A stretch of 64,000 bases of DNA from Squalus acanthias (lineage: Eukaryota). The stretch lies in NCBI GenBank assembly GCA_030390025.1, contig CM059431.1, positions 106,704,001 to 106,768,000 of the forward strand, given 5' to 3'. This document shows, in pieces, positions 13,120-23,610 of this stretch (positions within the stretch are counted from its first letter, which is position 1; each line of letters starts with the position of its first letter). A program made the position numbers and the translations under genes. Under the pieces are notes generated by a model. That model did no database searches, was not told where the DNA came from, and saw only the letters and a list, made by a program, of their open reading frames with translations.

Positions 13120-13744
13120 TCGGGGAAGATTTTTGTAAACCGGGGACACCTCCGGGGACGATTTTTGCCCGGGGACACAGTAGCTCATTCGAGGACTGTC
13201 CCCGGAAAAAGGGGACGGATGGTCACCCTGCTTTAATACTTTTTTTTTTGATTGATGACTGTAATATCTTACCTACCACGAGACCCCCCCCCCCCCACAA
13301 CACCCCCCCCCGAAACCCACTTCCCCACACTTACCTGAGTGGCTGCCTATTTTCTGGAGGCTGGGAGCCTCTTCTCGCCCATTCCGGGCATGGAGTGGAC
13401 CAGTGGCTTCTTACTGAGGCCTGGGAGTTAAACAACACGGGTCTGATCTCCTTTGCAACCATCCATCCGCCCAAAACCTGCCCAGAGTTAAAATCCCGAG
13501 CAATGGCCTTATTTAACTGAAGGCACCAGAAATCAATCATTTTATGTAATTTTCTCAGACAGCTGCCTAATATCCCTTTCACAGTAGCAAATGGAAGTTG
13601 GATTTCTATTGAAATAGAGCTTTCCTTTAACACAATCAATGACGTTAATCTTAACCAAGAACTCTGATAATAAATCAATATAAACTCCATGCATGTTGTT
13701 GTATGGTTATATTTACTGAGCTAATGTGAGTGAGGCAGACAATC

Positions 13745-14430
13745 TCTTACCTGCACTGGTTAGGTTGAACTTGCTGCAGACTCGGGCTTCCTTCGAAACT
13801 TCGTGTGTTGGTGCACGTGTCCAGGCACGCACGCGCTGCGTTATGTTGCGTGCACACCTGCGCGCGTGAAGCGGTCCTCCTGGGTTTTACAAGAAACATC
13901 CCACATTCCCCACCACCCACGTCCTCGCCAATCTTACTTGGCTCCCCAATGCATGGATTTCGGATTCCTCCCCGTCTCCGCAAACTCCTTCAGCCCCGTG
14001 CTCCAGCACGCGCCCGTTATCATTGGTTGGGCGAGGTGCCCGTCCCGCCTCCACCGGCGGCTCCTCCACTTTAAAAAAAGATCAAAATCTCGGCCGGGGC
14101 GAAAGGGTAGGTCCTGGGAGGGGGGGTGGGGGGGTGAAGCGGCAACGGGGGAGGGGAGGGGAGAGGGGTTGGGGGGAGACCAATCGGGATAAAGCAGAGT
14201 TGGGGGTGCACTCCTGATCCTTTTGGGAACGTATTAAAAATGTTATTGAAAAAAAACCTTTTGGTGATGGCCACCGTTTAGGCTGCAGTGGCCGCTGAAG
14301 AAACCAGAGCGGAGCAGACCCAGTCGCATTTCCAGTGAGGTAGAGGGGGCCACATGTTTTAGACGGGTGGAAGGAGGCCCAATATCTAACCCGTGATCCA
14401 CTGCAAACCGCAGCAGCGGTCGATGCAATC
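13745..14430. promoter_or_regulatory. CpG-rich, promoter-like island with a candidate first-exon donor on the minus strand
   Basis: Non-repetitive and CpG-dense. CCAAT/ATTGG at 13928, 13946, 14022 and 14180; E-box at 13814; GC-rich tracts; consensus minus-strand donor CAG|GTAAGAG at 13751/13750. Confidence 0.6.
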
Positions 14431-14479
14431 ACGCACACAGACAAGAAGGACTACAGCTTCAAGCCCCACAAGGATTGTT

Positions 14480-16044
14480 GTAATAAAAACAGAAAATGCT
14501 GGAAATACACTCAGCAGGTCAGGCAGCATCTGTGGAGAGAGAGAAACAGAGTTAGCGTTTCAGGTCCATGACCCTTCGTCAGAACTGGAAAAAGTTAGAG
14601 ATGTAACAGATTTTTTAAGCAAGTGCAGAGGCAGGGAAAGGTGGGAGGGGAGGATAGAACAAAAGGGAAGGTCTGCGATAGCGTGGAAGGCAGGAGAGGT
14701 TAAATGACAACAGGGATGATGGTACAAAGTAAAAGGAGATGGTAATGGGACAAGCAAATAAACAGTAGATGAGGCCAGAAGAGGTGTAAATGGGAATGGC
14801 AGAATCATCAACACGTGAAAAAATAGGGGCAGAGGTTATAGTCTGAAATTGTTGAACTCAATGTTGAATCCAGAAGGCTGTAAAGTGCCTAATCGAAAGA
14901 TGAGGTGCTGTTCCTCGAGCTTACGTTGAGCTTCATTGGAACAGTGTAAGAGGCCGAGGACAGAGAGGTCAGAGTGGGAGTGGAGTGCAGAATTAAAGTG
15001 ACAGGTGACCGGAAGCTCGGGGTCATGCTTACGGACTGAACGGAGGTGTTCCGCAAAGCAGTCACCCACTCTGCATTTGGTCTCCCCAATTTAGAGGAGA
15101 CTGCATCGTGAGCAGCGAATACAGTATACTAAATTGCAAGAAGTACAAGTAAATCGCTGTTTCACCTGGAAGGAGTGTTTGGGGCCTTGGACAGTGGGAA
15201 GGGAGGAGGTAAAAGGGCAGGTGTTGCATCTCCTGCGCTTACACCAGAAGGTGCCGTGGGAAGGGGAAGGGGTGTTGGCAGTGATTGAGGTGTGGACCAG
15301 GGTGTCGCGGAGGGAGCGGTCCCTTCGGAATGCTGAAAGGGGAGAGTAGGGGAAAATGTGTTTGGTGGTGGGATCACGCTGGAGGTGACGGAAGTGGTGA
15401 AGGATGATCCATTGACTGTGAAGGCTGGTGGGGTGAAAGGTGAGGACAAGGGGAACCCTATCGTGCTTCTGGGAGGGAGGGGAAGGGGTGAGAGCAGAAG
15501 TGCGGGAAATGGAACGGACATGGTCGAGGGCCATGTCAACCACGGTAGAGGGGAAGCCTCGGTTGAGGAAAAAGGAAGACATATCGGATGCACTAGTATG
15601 GAAGGTGGCATCATCAGAGCAGATGCGGCTGAGACGGAGAAACTGGGAGAATGGAATAGAGTCCTTACAGGAAGCGGGGTGGGAGGAAGTGTAGTCCAGG
15701 TAGCTGTGGGAGTCAGTGGGCTTATAGTAGATGTTTGTCTATAGCCTATCCTCAGAAATGGAGGCAGAGAAGTCGAGGAAGGGAAGTGAGGATTCGGAGA
15801 TGAAGCATGTGAAGGTGAGGGATGGGTGGAAATTGGAAGCAAAGTGAATGAAGTTTTTTAGTTCAGGGCGAGAGCATGAAATGGCACCGATACAGTCATC
15901 AGTGTACCAGGAAAAGACGTGAGGGAGGGGACATGAGTAGGACTGGAACAAAGAATGTTCCACGTATCCCACAAAAAGGCAGGCATAGCTAGGGCCCATG
16001 TGGGTTCCCATAGCCACACCTTTAATTTGGAGGAAGTGAGTGGA
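14480..16044 (-). mobile_element. Penelope-like element, 5'-truncated and decayed
   Basis: Peptides FLQIKGVAMGTHMGPSYACLF, YTDD (RT), CTSCNLVYCIRCSRC and FAEHLRSV...RLGTLQPSGFNIEF (GIY-YIG C-terminus), plus the terminal repeat with an HHR motif. Confidence 0.93.
14550..14586 (-). ncRNA. Hammerhead ribozyme motif, mutated copy
   Basis: Minus strand reads AGUU-CUGACGA-agggucauggaccu-GAAA-CG-CU-AACU; the conserved U16.1 position is a C. Confidence 0.55.
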
Positions 16045-16189
16045 TTGTTGTAAGTCAGGCAGGTGTAATAGAGGTAATTGAACAGCTATACAGCAAGGAG
16101 AAATGGCCAATAGTCAAATATAATAAGTGGCAAAAATAGACATTTCCCAGTTGTAGACTAGTCAAGCAAAATAGGGGTACACTGAAATA

Positions 16190-17345
16190 AAATGGTGCAT
16201 GCTATAGAAAATCAAGAGGAAGTTGTTTTAAATGAACCGTATATTAGTTTTGTATTGAAAATAGGAACTGTAGAACAGAATGATAATTGGGTTGCCGCCG
16301 TGATGGTCAATTTTAAGCTCGACACTGGTGCACAAGCCAATGCCATAACATGGGAGCAGTACAACACAACGCAGCTCGAGGACAAGTCACTTAGAGACAC
16401 CTAGCACAAAGTGATGTCAGACAGACAAAAGAAACTAGCTGTTGCCCACTGAGAGAAACGTATACATTCCGAAATTCCAAGTGGTGAACCTTGACACAAA
16501 AGCGATTCTTGATAAGAAAGCTTACGTGGAACTAAGCCTGATCAGAAGAGGCATAAAGATACATCGATTACCAAGACTGCGTCTATAAACACACTCAGTG
16601 ATGTGACTGATGGTTTGGGTTGCAGGTTGTGACTACAAAATGAAACAAAATCCAGAAATACCAGCAGTTGTTCATGCGCCTTGGACTGCACCACTAGCAT
16701 TATGTGGTCAAATAAAGAACTGGAAACTATAGGGAAAGTGAGCATAATTAAAATGTTAGTCGAAGCATGGTTGAGCTCTATGGTAGTGGTCATAAAGAAA
16801 AACTCATCAATCCCAAATGTGGAGGGAACAATTGAAAACATTATGCCCAAACTCACTGATGCATGGGTGTTCTCTACCCTTGACGTATAGTCAAGATTCC
16901 GGCAAATGGCTCTTGAAGAGAAAGGCAGTTAACTATCTCTTTAATAGCCTATTTGGACGATGGAGGTTCAGACGTACGCCATGAATCTAATGAGTGCAGG
17001 AAGTCTTTCAGCAACAAGTCTATGAAATTCCGGACCGACTTCAGGAGTCAAGGTGATCGTCAATGATATTTTCACGTTGAGGGAGATACAAGACACACAT
17101 GACAAAAACCTCAGATCACTGCTTCAAAGGTGTTAAGGGAACAGGCAAGTTACCGTTCCACAACTGATGTATTTTGGGCACGCAATTACTATTTGTAGCT
17201 TGAAACCAGATCCGAGGAAAGTCAAACTTGTTCAAAAAATATGAAGTCCCCAAAGATAAAAGCAGAGTTTGAGACAATTGTGGCTACGTTGAAATATCTG
17301 ATGAAATTTGTTTCAAGATGAATGCGAGTGATGGAAGCACCTTGG
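16190..17345 (+). mobile_element. Ty3/Gypsy-like LTR retrotransposon pol remnant (protease and RT)
   Basis: VNFKLDTGAQANAI (aspartic protease), then WLSSMVVVIKKN, IENIMPKLTDAWVFSTLDV, LFGRWRFRR and a degenerate VIVNDI catalytic motif. Many stops; no LTRs seen. Confidence 0.8.
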
Positions 17346-17354
17346 AATCCAATA

Positions 17355-17860
17355 AAGAAAGAAAGACTTGCATTTCTGTAGCGCCTTTCACGACCTCAGG
17401 ACGTCCCAAAGTGCTTTACAGCCAATAAAGTACTTTTTGAAGTGTAGTCACTGTTGTAATGTAGGAAACGCGACAGCCACAATGCGCACAGCAGGCTCCC
17501 ACAAACAGTAATGTGATAATGATCAGGTAACTCTCTTTTTCAGTGATGTTGGTTGAGGGATAAATATTGACCAGGGCACCGGGGAGAACGCACCTGCTTT
17601 TAGAATGGTTACAGCACAGATGGAGGCCATTCGGCCTGTTGAGCCCGTGCCGGCTCTCTGCTAGAGCACTTCAGCTAGCCCCACTCCCCCATTTTTCTTC
17701 GAAATCATGCCGTGGGATCTTTTATGCCCACCTGAGGGGGCAGATGGGGCCCTGGTTTAACGTCTTATCTGAAAGACGGCACCTCCGACAGTGCAGCACT
17801 CCCTCAGTACTGCACTGGAGTGTCCGCCTGGATTTTGTGCTCAAGTCTCTGGAGTGGGAG
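17355..17860 (-). mobile_element. DeuSINE (SacSINE1-like), with a ~90-bp CR1 3' fragment inserted at ~17600-17690
   Basis: Deu-domain-like sequence (gggatcttttatgcccacctgag...ggtttaacgtc) and an L2-like tail (gacttgcattt..agcgcctttc). Matches four other copies in the window. Confidence 0.85.
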
Positions 17861-18178
17861 TGACTGAAATACGAGACAAGACTGCTGAAGATTCTACGCT
17901 GTAAGAACTGATTTTGATGACAAAGTAAGGACCAGGGATGGCGTTTGCCTTTGCGAGGGGCCTGTACAAACGATTCGGTTTGGGGGGGCCCTGACATTTT
18001 TACTAGGCAATGATACTAAATACTACCGACTTAATCTGGTGTCAAATCAGAGCTGTGTCACCTGTTTATTTGCCAACGTTTAGTAAAAAAATAAAGACAA
18101 TCAGATGAGCTGAAAGAATAAATCGAGGTAAAAGGGAAACAAATGACACCTCGATCAGGATTTTCTCTGCAATATATT

Positions 18179-18925
18179 GGCCCAGATATTCCGATCCCTA
18201 CGGGTGAGTACGCGCTGTGTACCCACCCGTAGGGACATCGGAAATGCCGGTTTCAGGCATGCACAGCGCATGCGCTGAAAACAGGCATTTCCGATCTGTT
18301 AAGAATGCTCTTGACAGATCCTCCGGCTGCCCTGCAGAAGGGCCTCTGTGGGCGGATAGTTCCGCTTTTTGGAGACCCTCCGCCCGCAGAAAACACTTAC
18401 AATTCTTACGCCTGATAAAAGCAGGTGTAAGGCCTGCTCTTACCAGGATAAGAGTTGAAAAAAGTAAAACAAAAAAAATTCCCACTGATTTATCATTTAA
18501 AAATACTTTAAAAAAAGGTAAGTTTATTTTTAGCCTCGTAAAAAACTTCAATTATTTTTTTCAAAAATTACATTTTTGTTTAAAATACTTCATTTATTGT
18601 AATTTCAAGTCATTTTAAAAATGTGATTTTTTTAAAAAATGTATTTAAAGTTTTACTATGTTTTTGGGGGTGATCTCCATTCATATATTTGACAGGTCTT
18701 CCTGTCAAGTGAATGAAGGGAGATTCCCTTCTGTGATTGGCTCCCCATGGCCCACGGGATCCCAGGGACGCTGCAAACTACCTGCGCCTCTGGGATACGT
18801 GGGCCCTACGCACTTGCAGTTTGGAGAGGCCCAGGAGCGGAAGCGTGTGCGTCCCGAGAGCCCTCAGGTAAAGGCATAGATTTTCCAGATCGCAGACCTC
18901 CGCCCGCGATCAGAAAATACGGGCC
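18179..18925. mobile_element. Harbinger-type non-autonomous element (MITE), 747 bp
   Basis: TIRs ggcccagatattccgatc / gatcagaaaatacgggcc (14/18), 3-bp TSD ATT at 18176-18178 and 18926-18928, and internal palindromes. Confidence 0.8.
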
Positions 18926-19171
18926 ATTGAATTTAAATTGCCATTCTATGCGTTAGTATTTATATTCTACTGCTCAACTTTAGGGACTTCTATTCCATGT
19001 TCTTATTCAGCACCTGGGAAATGTGATTGTCAGATCCCAAGCATGTAGAATCACTTGGATATTTTATTCGGAAGTGTCAGTTAACAGATCAGAGGAGACA
19101 GTAAGTACACTTTTGCAACCCCATTACACTCATGGTAAAAAATAAGATTTTTTTTTTAAATAATAAGATGT

Positions 19172-19625
19172 ACATGGGATGATGGATTTTAGTTATGTGA
19201 AGAGACTAGAAAAGATGGCATTATTTTCCTTAGAGCAAAGAAGGTTAAGGGGAGATTTAATAGAGGTGTTCAAAACAATGAGGGGTTTTGTTGGAGTAAA
19301 TAAAGAGAAACTGTTTTCACTGGCAGGAGTGTCGGTAACCAGAGGACACAGATTTAAAATAATTGGCAAAAGAACCAGGGCGGAGATGAGGAGAATTATT
19401 ATTTTACTCAGCGAGTTGTTATGATCTGGAATGCGTTGCCTGAATGGGTGATGGCAGCAGATTCTATAGTAACTTTCAAAAGCAAACTGGATATATATTT
19501 AAAAAGGAAAATTTGCAGGGCTATGGGGAAAGAGCAGGGGAGTGGGCCTAATTGGTAGCTCTCTCAAAGAGCTGGCACAGGCACGATGGGCCGAATGGTC
19601 TCCTTCTGTGAGATATGACTCTATG
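19172..19625 (+). mobile_element. CR1 LINE 3' fragment
   Basis: Peptide FSYVKRLEKMALFSLEQRRLRGDLIEVFKTMRGF...TRGHRFK followed by a CR1 3' UTR. Confidence 0.9.
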
Positions 19626-19734
19626 TAACTTGGAGAGGTGTATGCTCTTGAGAGTCGCCTATGGGAGAGGAGTGGCATCAAAGAAAGGACCATCTGTATC
19701 CAAAACAGCGAGCTGGACAACAGAATTAAATATA

Positions 19735-19975
19735 AAAAGAAAGAAAGACTTGCATTTATATAGCGCCTTTCACGACCAGCAGGCGTCTCAAAACGCTTTA
19801 CAGCCAATGAAATACTTTTGAAGAGGAGTCACTGTTGTAATGTAGGAAATGCGGCAGCCAATTTGCGCACAGCAAGCTCCCACAAACAGCAATGTGATAA
19901 TGACCAGATGATCTGTTTTTTTTTGTTATGTTGGTTGAGGGATAAATATTGGCTGGGACGCCGGGGATAACTCCC
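19735..19975 (-). mobile_element. DeuSINE 3' half
   Basis: Highly similar to 17355-17590. Confidence 0.85.
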
Positions 19976-20379
19976 TAGTATACGAATATTAAGATCGGAA
20001 ATGTATGATCAGAGCATGCACGGTCTATGATTGTGGGTCAGGCTGGAATGCAGAGAGTGTTGGAGAAAGATGGGCACAGAATTGTTGCAACCCCAGCAGA
20101 CCTTTAAACACAGTTAAGGGAGGACAGCTATTGTCAGGAGCAGTCAGTGATTCCTTCATTATGACTTAAATTGAAGGGCTTTGGTTTGCTCAGAGAAAAT
20201 TTACCGGGTTAGGAAAATAATTAGACACAAACCTACTTCATTATCAAAAGGGACAGGTGCCAGTGACTGGTTTTGTGTTTATTTGCTCCGAGTAGCATGT
20301 TATCATTGTTTTGAGACGTGAAAAATTATTGTTTTGATTTGCAAAATGGCGTTCATGCTTGAAATCAAATAGAGCAAGG

Positions 20380-20652
20380 GAAAAGAAAGACATTTCATTT
20401 ATATAGCACCTTTTATGACCTCAGGACGTCGCAACGTGCTTTACAACCAATGAAGTACTTTTGAAGTGTAGTCACTGTTGTAATGTAGGAAATGTGACAG
20501 TCAATTTGCGCACAGCAAGCTCCCACAAACAGCAATGAGATAAAGACCAGGTATTCTGTTTTAGTGATGTTGGTTAAGGGATAAATATTGGCCAGGAGTA
20601 CTCCCCTGCTCTTCTTCGAAATAGTGCCACGGGATCTTTTACGTCCACCTGG
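20380..20652 (-). mobile_element. DeuSINE 3' part
   Basis: Same tail and Deu-domain sequence as the other copies. Confidence 0.85.
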
Positions 20653-20689
20653 AAGAATTTCCACTATCTTGCACAGATTCTGTTAAAGA

Positions 20690-21108
20690 AGAAAAAAAGA
20701 CTTGCATTTATATAGCGCCTTTCACGACCATTGGACATTTCAAAGCGCTTTACAGTGAAGTACTTTTTGAAGTGTAGTCACTGTTGTAATGTAGGAAATG
20801 TGGCAGCTCCCACAAACAGCAATGTGATAAAGACCAGATCATTTGCTTCAGTGATGTTGGTTCAGGGATAAATATCGGCCAGGAGAACTCCCCATCTCTT
20901 CTTCAGAATAGTACCCTGGGATCTTTTACATCCACCTGAGAGGGCAGACGGGCTTTGGTTTAACGTCTCATCCATAAGACAGCACCTCCAACAGTGCAGC
21001 TCTCCTGCAGTGTTAGTCTAGATTAGGTGTTCAAGTTTGTGGAGTGGGAGGTGAATCCTCAACCTTCTGATTCAGAGGAGAGAGTGCTACCCACTGAGCC
21101 AAAGATGA
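20690..21108 (-). mobile_element. DeuSINE, near full length
   Basis: Tail, Deu domain and tRNA-like head (minus-strand A box TGGCTCAGTGGG at ~21090-21101). Confidence 0.85.
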
Positions 21109-21221
21109 CCAAAAAACTCGGTTGTGCCCATTGGCATTTCCACAATGAACTGTCTGTGGAAAGTGACACTACCCTCAAAGATAAAAACACTATTATACCA
21201 AAGTCCACGAGACCAGAGATC

Positions 21222-21650
21222 CACAACAACAACAACTTGTATTTATATAGCGCCTTTAACGTAGTAAAACATCCCAAGGCGCTTCACAGGAGTATTATAA
21301 GACAAAAAAATTTGACACTGAGCCACAAAGGGAGAAATTAGGGCAGATGACTAAAAACTTGGTCAAAGAGGTAGGTTTTAATGAGCATCTTAAAGGAGGA
21401 GAGAGAGGCGGAGAGGTTTAGGGAGGGAATTCCAGAGCTTAGGGCCTAGGCAACAGAAGGCACGGCCACCAATGGTTGAGCAATTATAATCAAGGCTGCT
21501 CAAGAGGGCAGAATTAGAGGAGCGCAGATATCTCGGGAGGAGGGGGGGGGGTGTTGTGGGACTGGAGGAGATTACAGAGATAGGGAGGGGCGAGGCCATG
21601 GAGGGATTTGAAACCATTGATGAGAATTTTGAAATCGAGGTGTTGCTTAT
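21222..21650 (-). mobile_element. L2 LINE 3' end
   Basis: Peptide HLDFKILI..FKSLHGLAPPYLCNLL..LRSS..TIGGRAFCCLGPKLWNSLP with a (ttg)n tail. Confidence 0.9.
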
Positions 21651-22419
21651 CCTGCAGAAAACACATGCATGGCCCTATGCAAAATAAAGGTAGGCACTTC
21701 ATGTTGTGATACCATGTACAAGCAGTCAATGTGTGTAGATGACAGAACCTTAAGCATGAGTTACCTAAAGAGAATATAATTCTGAATATACATATGGGTA
21801 CTAGCTCTGCTTGAAGTGTTTGTAATGCACATAGAAGCTACATACACATGTGTACTTGCTGAAAAACAAGTTATACAGTGAAATAAATATTAGAGGCATT
21901 AGGAACCAGTATAAATGTGGGAACTCTTTGCATTCTGTTGCTGTTAATACAAGTGGGGTGTAATTGTAATTTTATAACATGATGGCAGAGATTAAATTAT
22001 TTAGTAGCTGGAAAACAGTCTGAAAATTTGTATGCTACTTGGTGACCTCAAAGTAAGCACTCTATAGAGTTGGGAGTCCCCTAACGATGATGGTATGAAA
22101 TCATCTAATTGGCCTTTTGGGATGAGTAGCCACGTGTTTGACCTCAGGTAACAGTGCTTCTCTTTGTTGTGTGTGTTGTTCTTTGATATTCTTAATACCA
22201 TGAATGACAGTTCATGAGTAATTGCTCTGTTCTTCGTGAGTGCTACAAGAATCCAGAAAGAACAAAAGAACCATGGAAGGTCTGGAATACAAGAAATGAT
22301 CAGCACAAACCTTATCTGTGACCTTACAGATTAACTGATATTGTCATGTTACTTAGAGATTAGTTAGATTTATGCTTTTGATCTTCTTACACTGGACCAT
22401 TTCACATTGCTTTGATGCT

Positions 22420-23364
22420 CTTCTTCTTAGGCAGTCCCTCGGAACCGAGGATGACTTGCTTCCACATTAAAAATGAGTTCTCAGGTGACTGATGAGTCCA
22501 ATGCGGGACCTACAGTCTCTGTCACAGGTGGGACAGACGGTGGTTGAAGGGGCGGGAGGGTGGGGTGCTTGGGTTGACGTGCGCTCCTTGCGCTGCTTGT
22601 GCTTGGCTTCCGCTTGCTCCCGGCGAAGAGACTCAAGGTGTTCGGCGCCTTCCCGGATGCTTCTCCTCCAATTTGTGCGGTCTTGGGCCAGGGATTCCCA
22701 GGTGTCGGTGGGGATGTTGCACTTTTTCAAGGAGGCTTTGAGGGTGTCCTTGAAGCATTTCCTCTGCCCACCTGGGGCTCTCTTGCCGTGTTGGCGCTCC
22801 GAGTAGAGCGCTTGTTTTGGGAGTCTCATATCGGGCATGCGGACGATGTGACCCATCCATCAGAGCTGATCAAGCGTGGTCAAAGCTTCGATGCTGGGGA
22901 TGTTGGCCTGAGCAAGAACACTGATGTTGGTGCACCTATCCTGCTAATGGATTTGCAGGATCTTGCGGAGGCAGCGTTGGTGGTACCTCTCCAGTGCTTT
23001 GAGGTGCCTGCTGTACATGGTCCATGTCTCTGAGGCATACAGGAGGGCGGGTATCACTACTGCTCTGTAGACCATGAGCTTGGTGCCGGGTTTGAGGTCC
23101 TGGTCTTCAAACACTCTCTTCCTCATGCGACCGAAGGCTGCACTGGCATACTGAAGGTGGTGTTGGACTTCGTCATCGACGTCTGCCTTTGTTGACAGTA
23201 GGCTCCCGAGGTATGGAAAGTGGTCCACGTTGTCCAAGGCCTTGTCTTGGATTTTGATAATCGGGAGGCAGTACTGTGTGGCAGGGGCACGTTGGTAGAG
23301 GACCTTTGTCTTACGGATGTTTAGTGTAAGGCCCATGCTCTCGTACACTTCGGTGAATCGGTGA
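22420..23364 (-). mobile_element. RTE-clade (BovB-like) LINE, 5'-truncated
   Basis: Peptides GLTLNIRKTKV..FPYLGS..TKLMVYRAVVIPALLYASETW..GHIVRM..RLPKQALY and a C-terminal CPTC..HLRTH zinc finger; one in-frame stop; (gaa)n tail. Confidence 0.92.
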
Positions 23365-23610
23365 ATAAGAACATAAGAACATAAGAACATAAGAAATAGG
23401 AGCAGGAGTAGGCCAATCGGCCCCTCGAGCCTGCTCCGCCATTCAATAAGATCATGGCTGATCTGATCCTAACCGCCAATCTACTATCTATCACAGAACC
23501 ATCTCCTGCATCTAACAGAATTGCACACACGAAATAGGAGCAGAATCAGGCTACACAGTCCCTGGGCCCGCTCCACTACCCACAGGGCCATGAACGATCC
23601 GAACCTAGAC

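Larger units (their letters stand above)
7130..13230. mobile_element. Non-autonomous hAT (Blackjack-like) DNA transposon, 6.1 kb, filled with minisatellites
   Basis: Perfect 11-bp TIRs CAGGGTGACCA (7130-7140) and TGGTCACCCTG (13220-13230). Flanking 8-mers ttttaata (7122-7129) and ctttaata (13231-13238) match 7/8. Subterminal GGGGAC motifs cluster at 13141-13217. No transposase is visible. Confidence 0.85.

Noticed and set aside
8409..13520. Long GVHSLP/GTLTA/GYTHCP ORFs
   Set aside because: These are translations of the 19-21-bp minisatellite, open in all frames, and lie inside a transposon.
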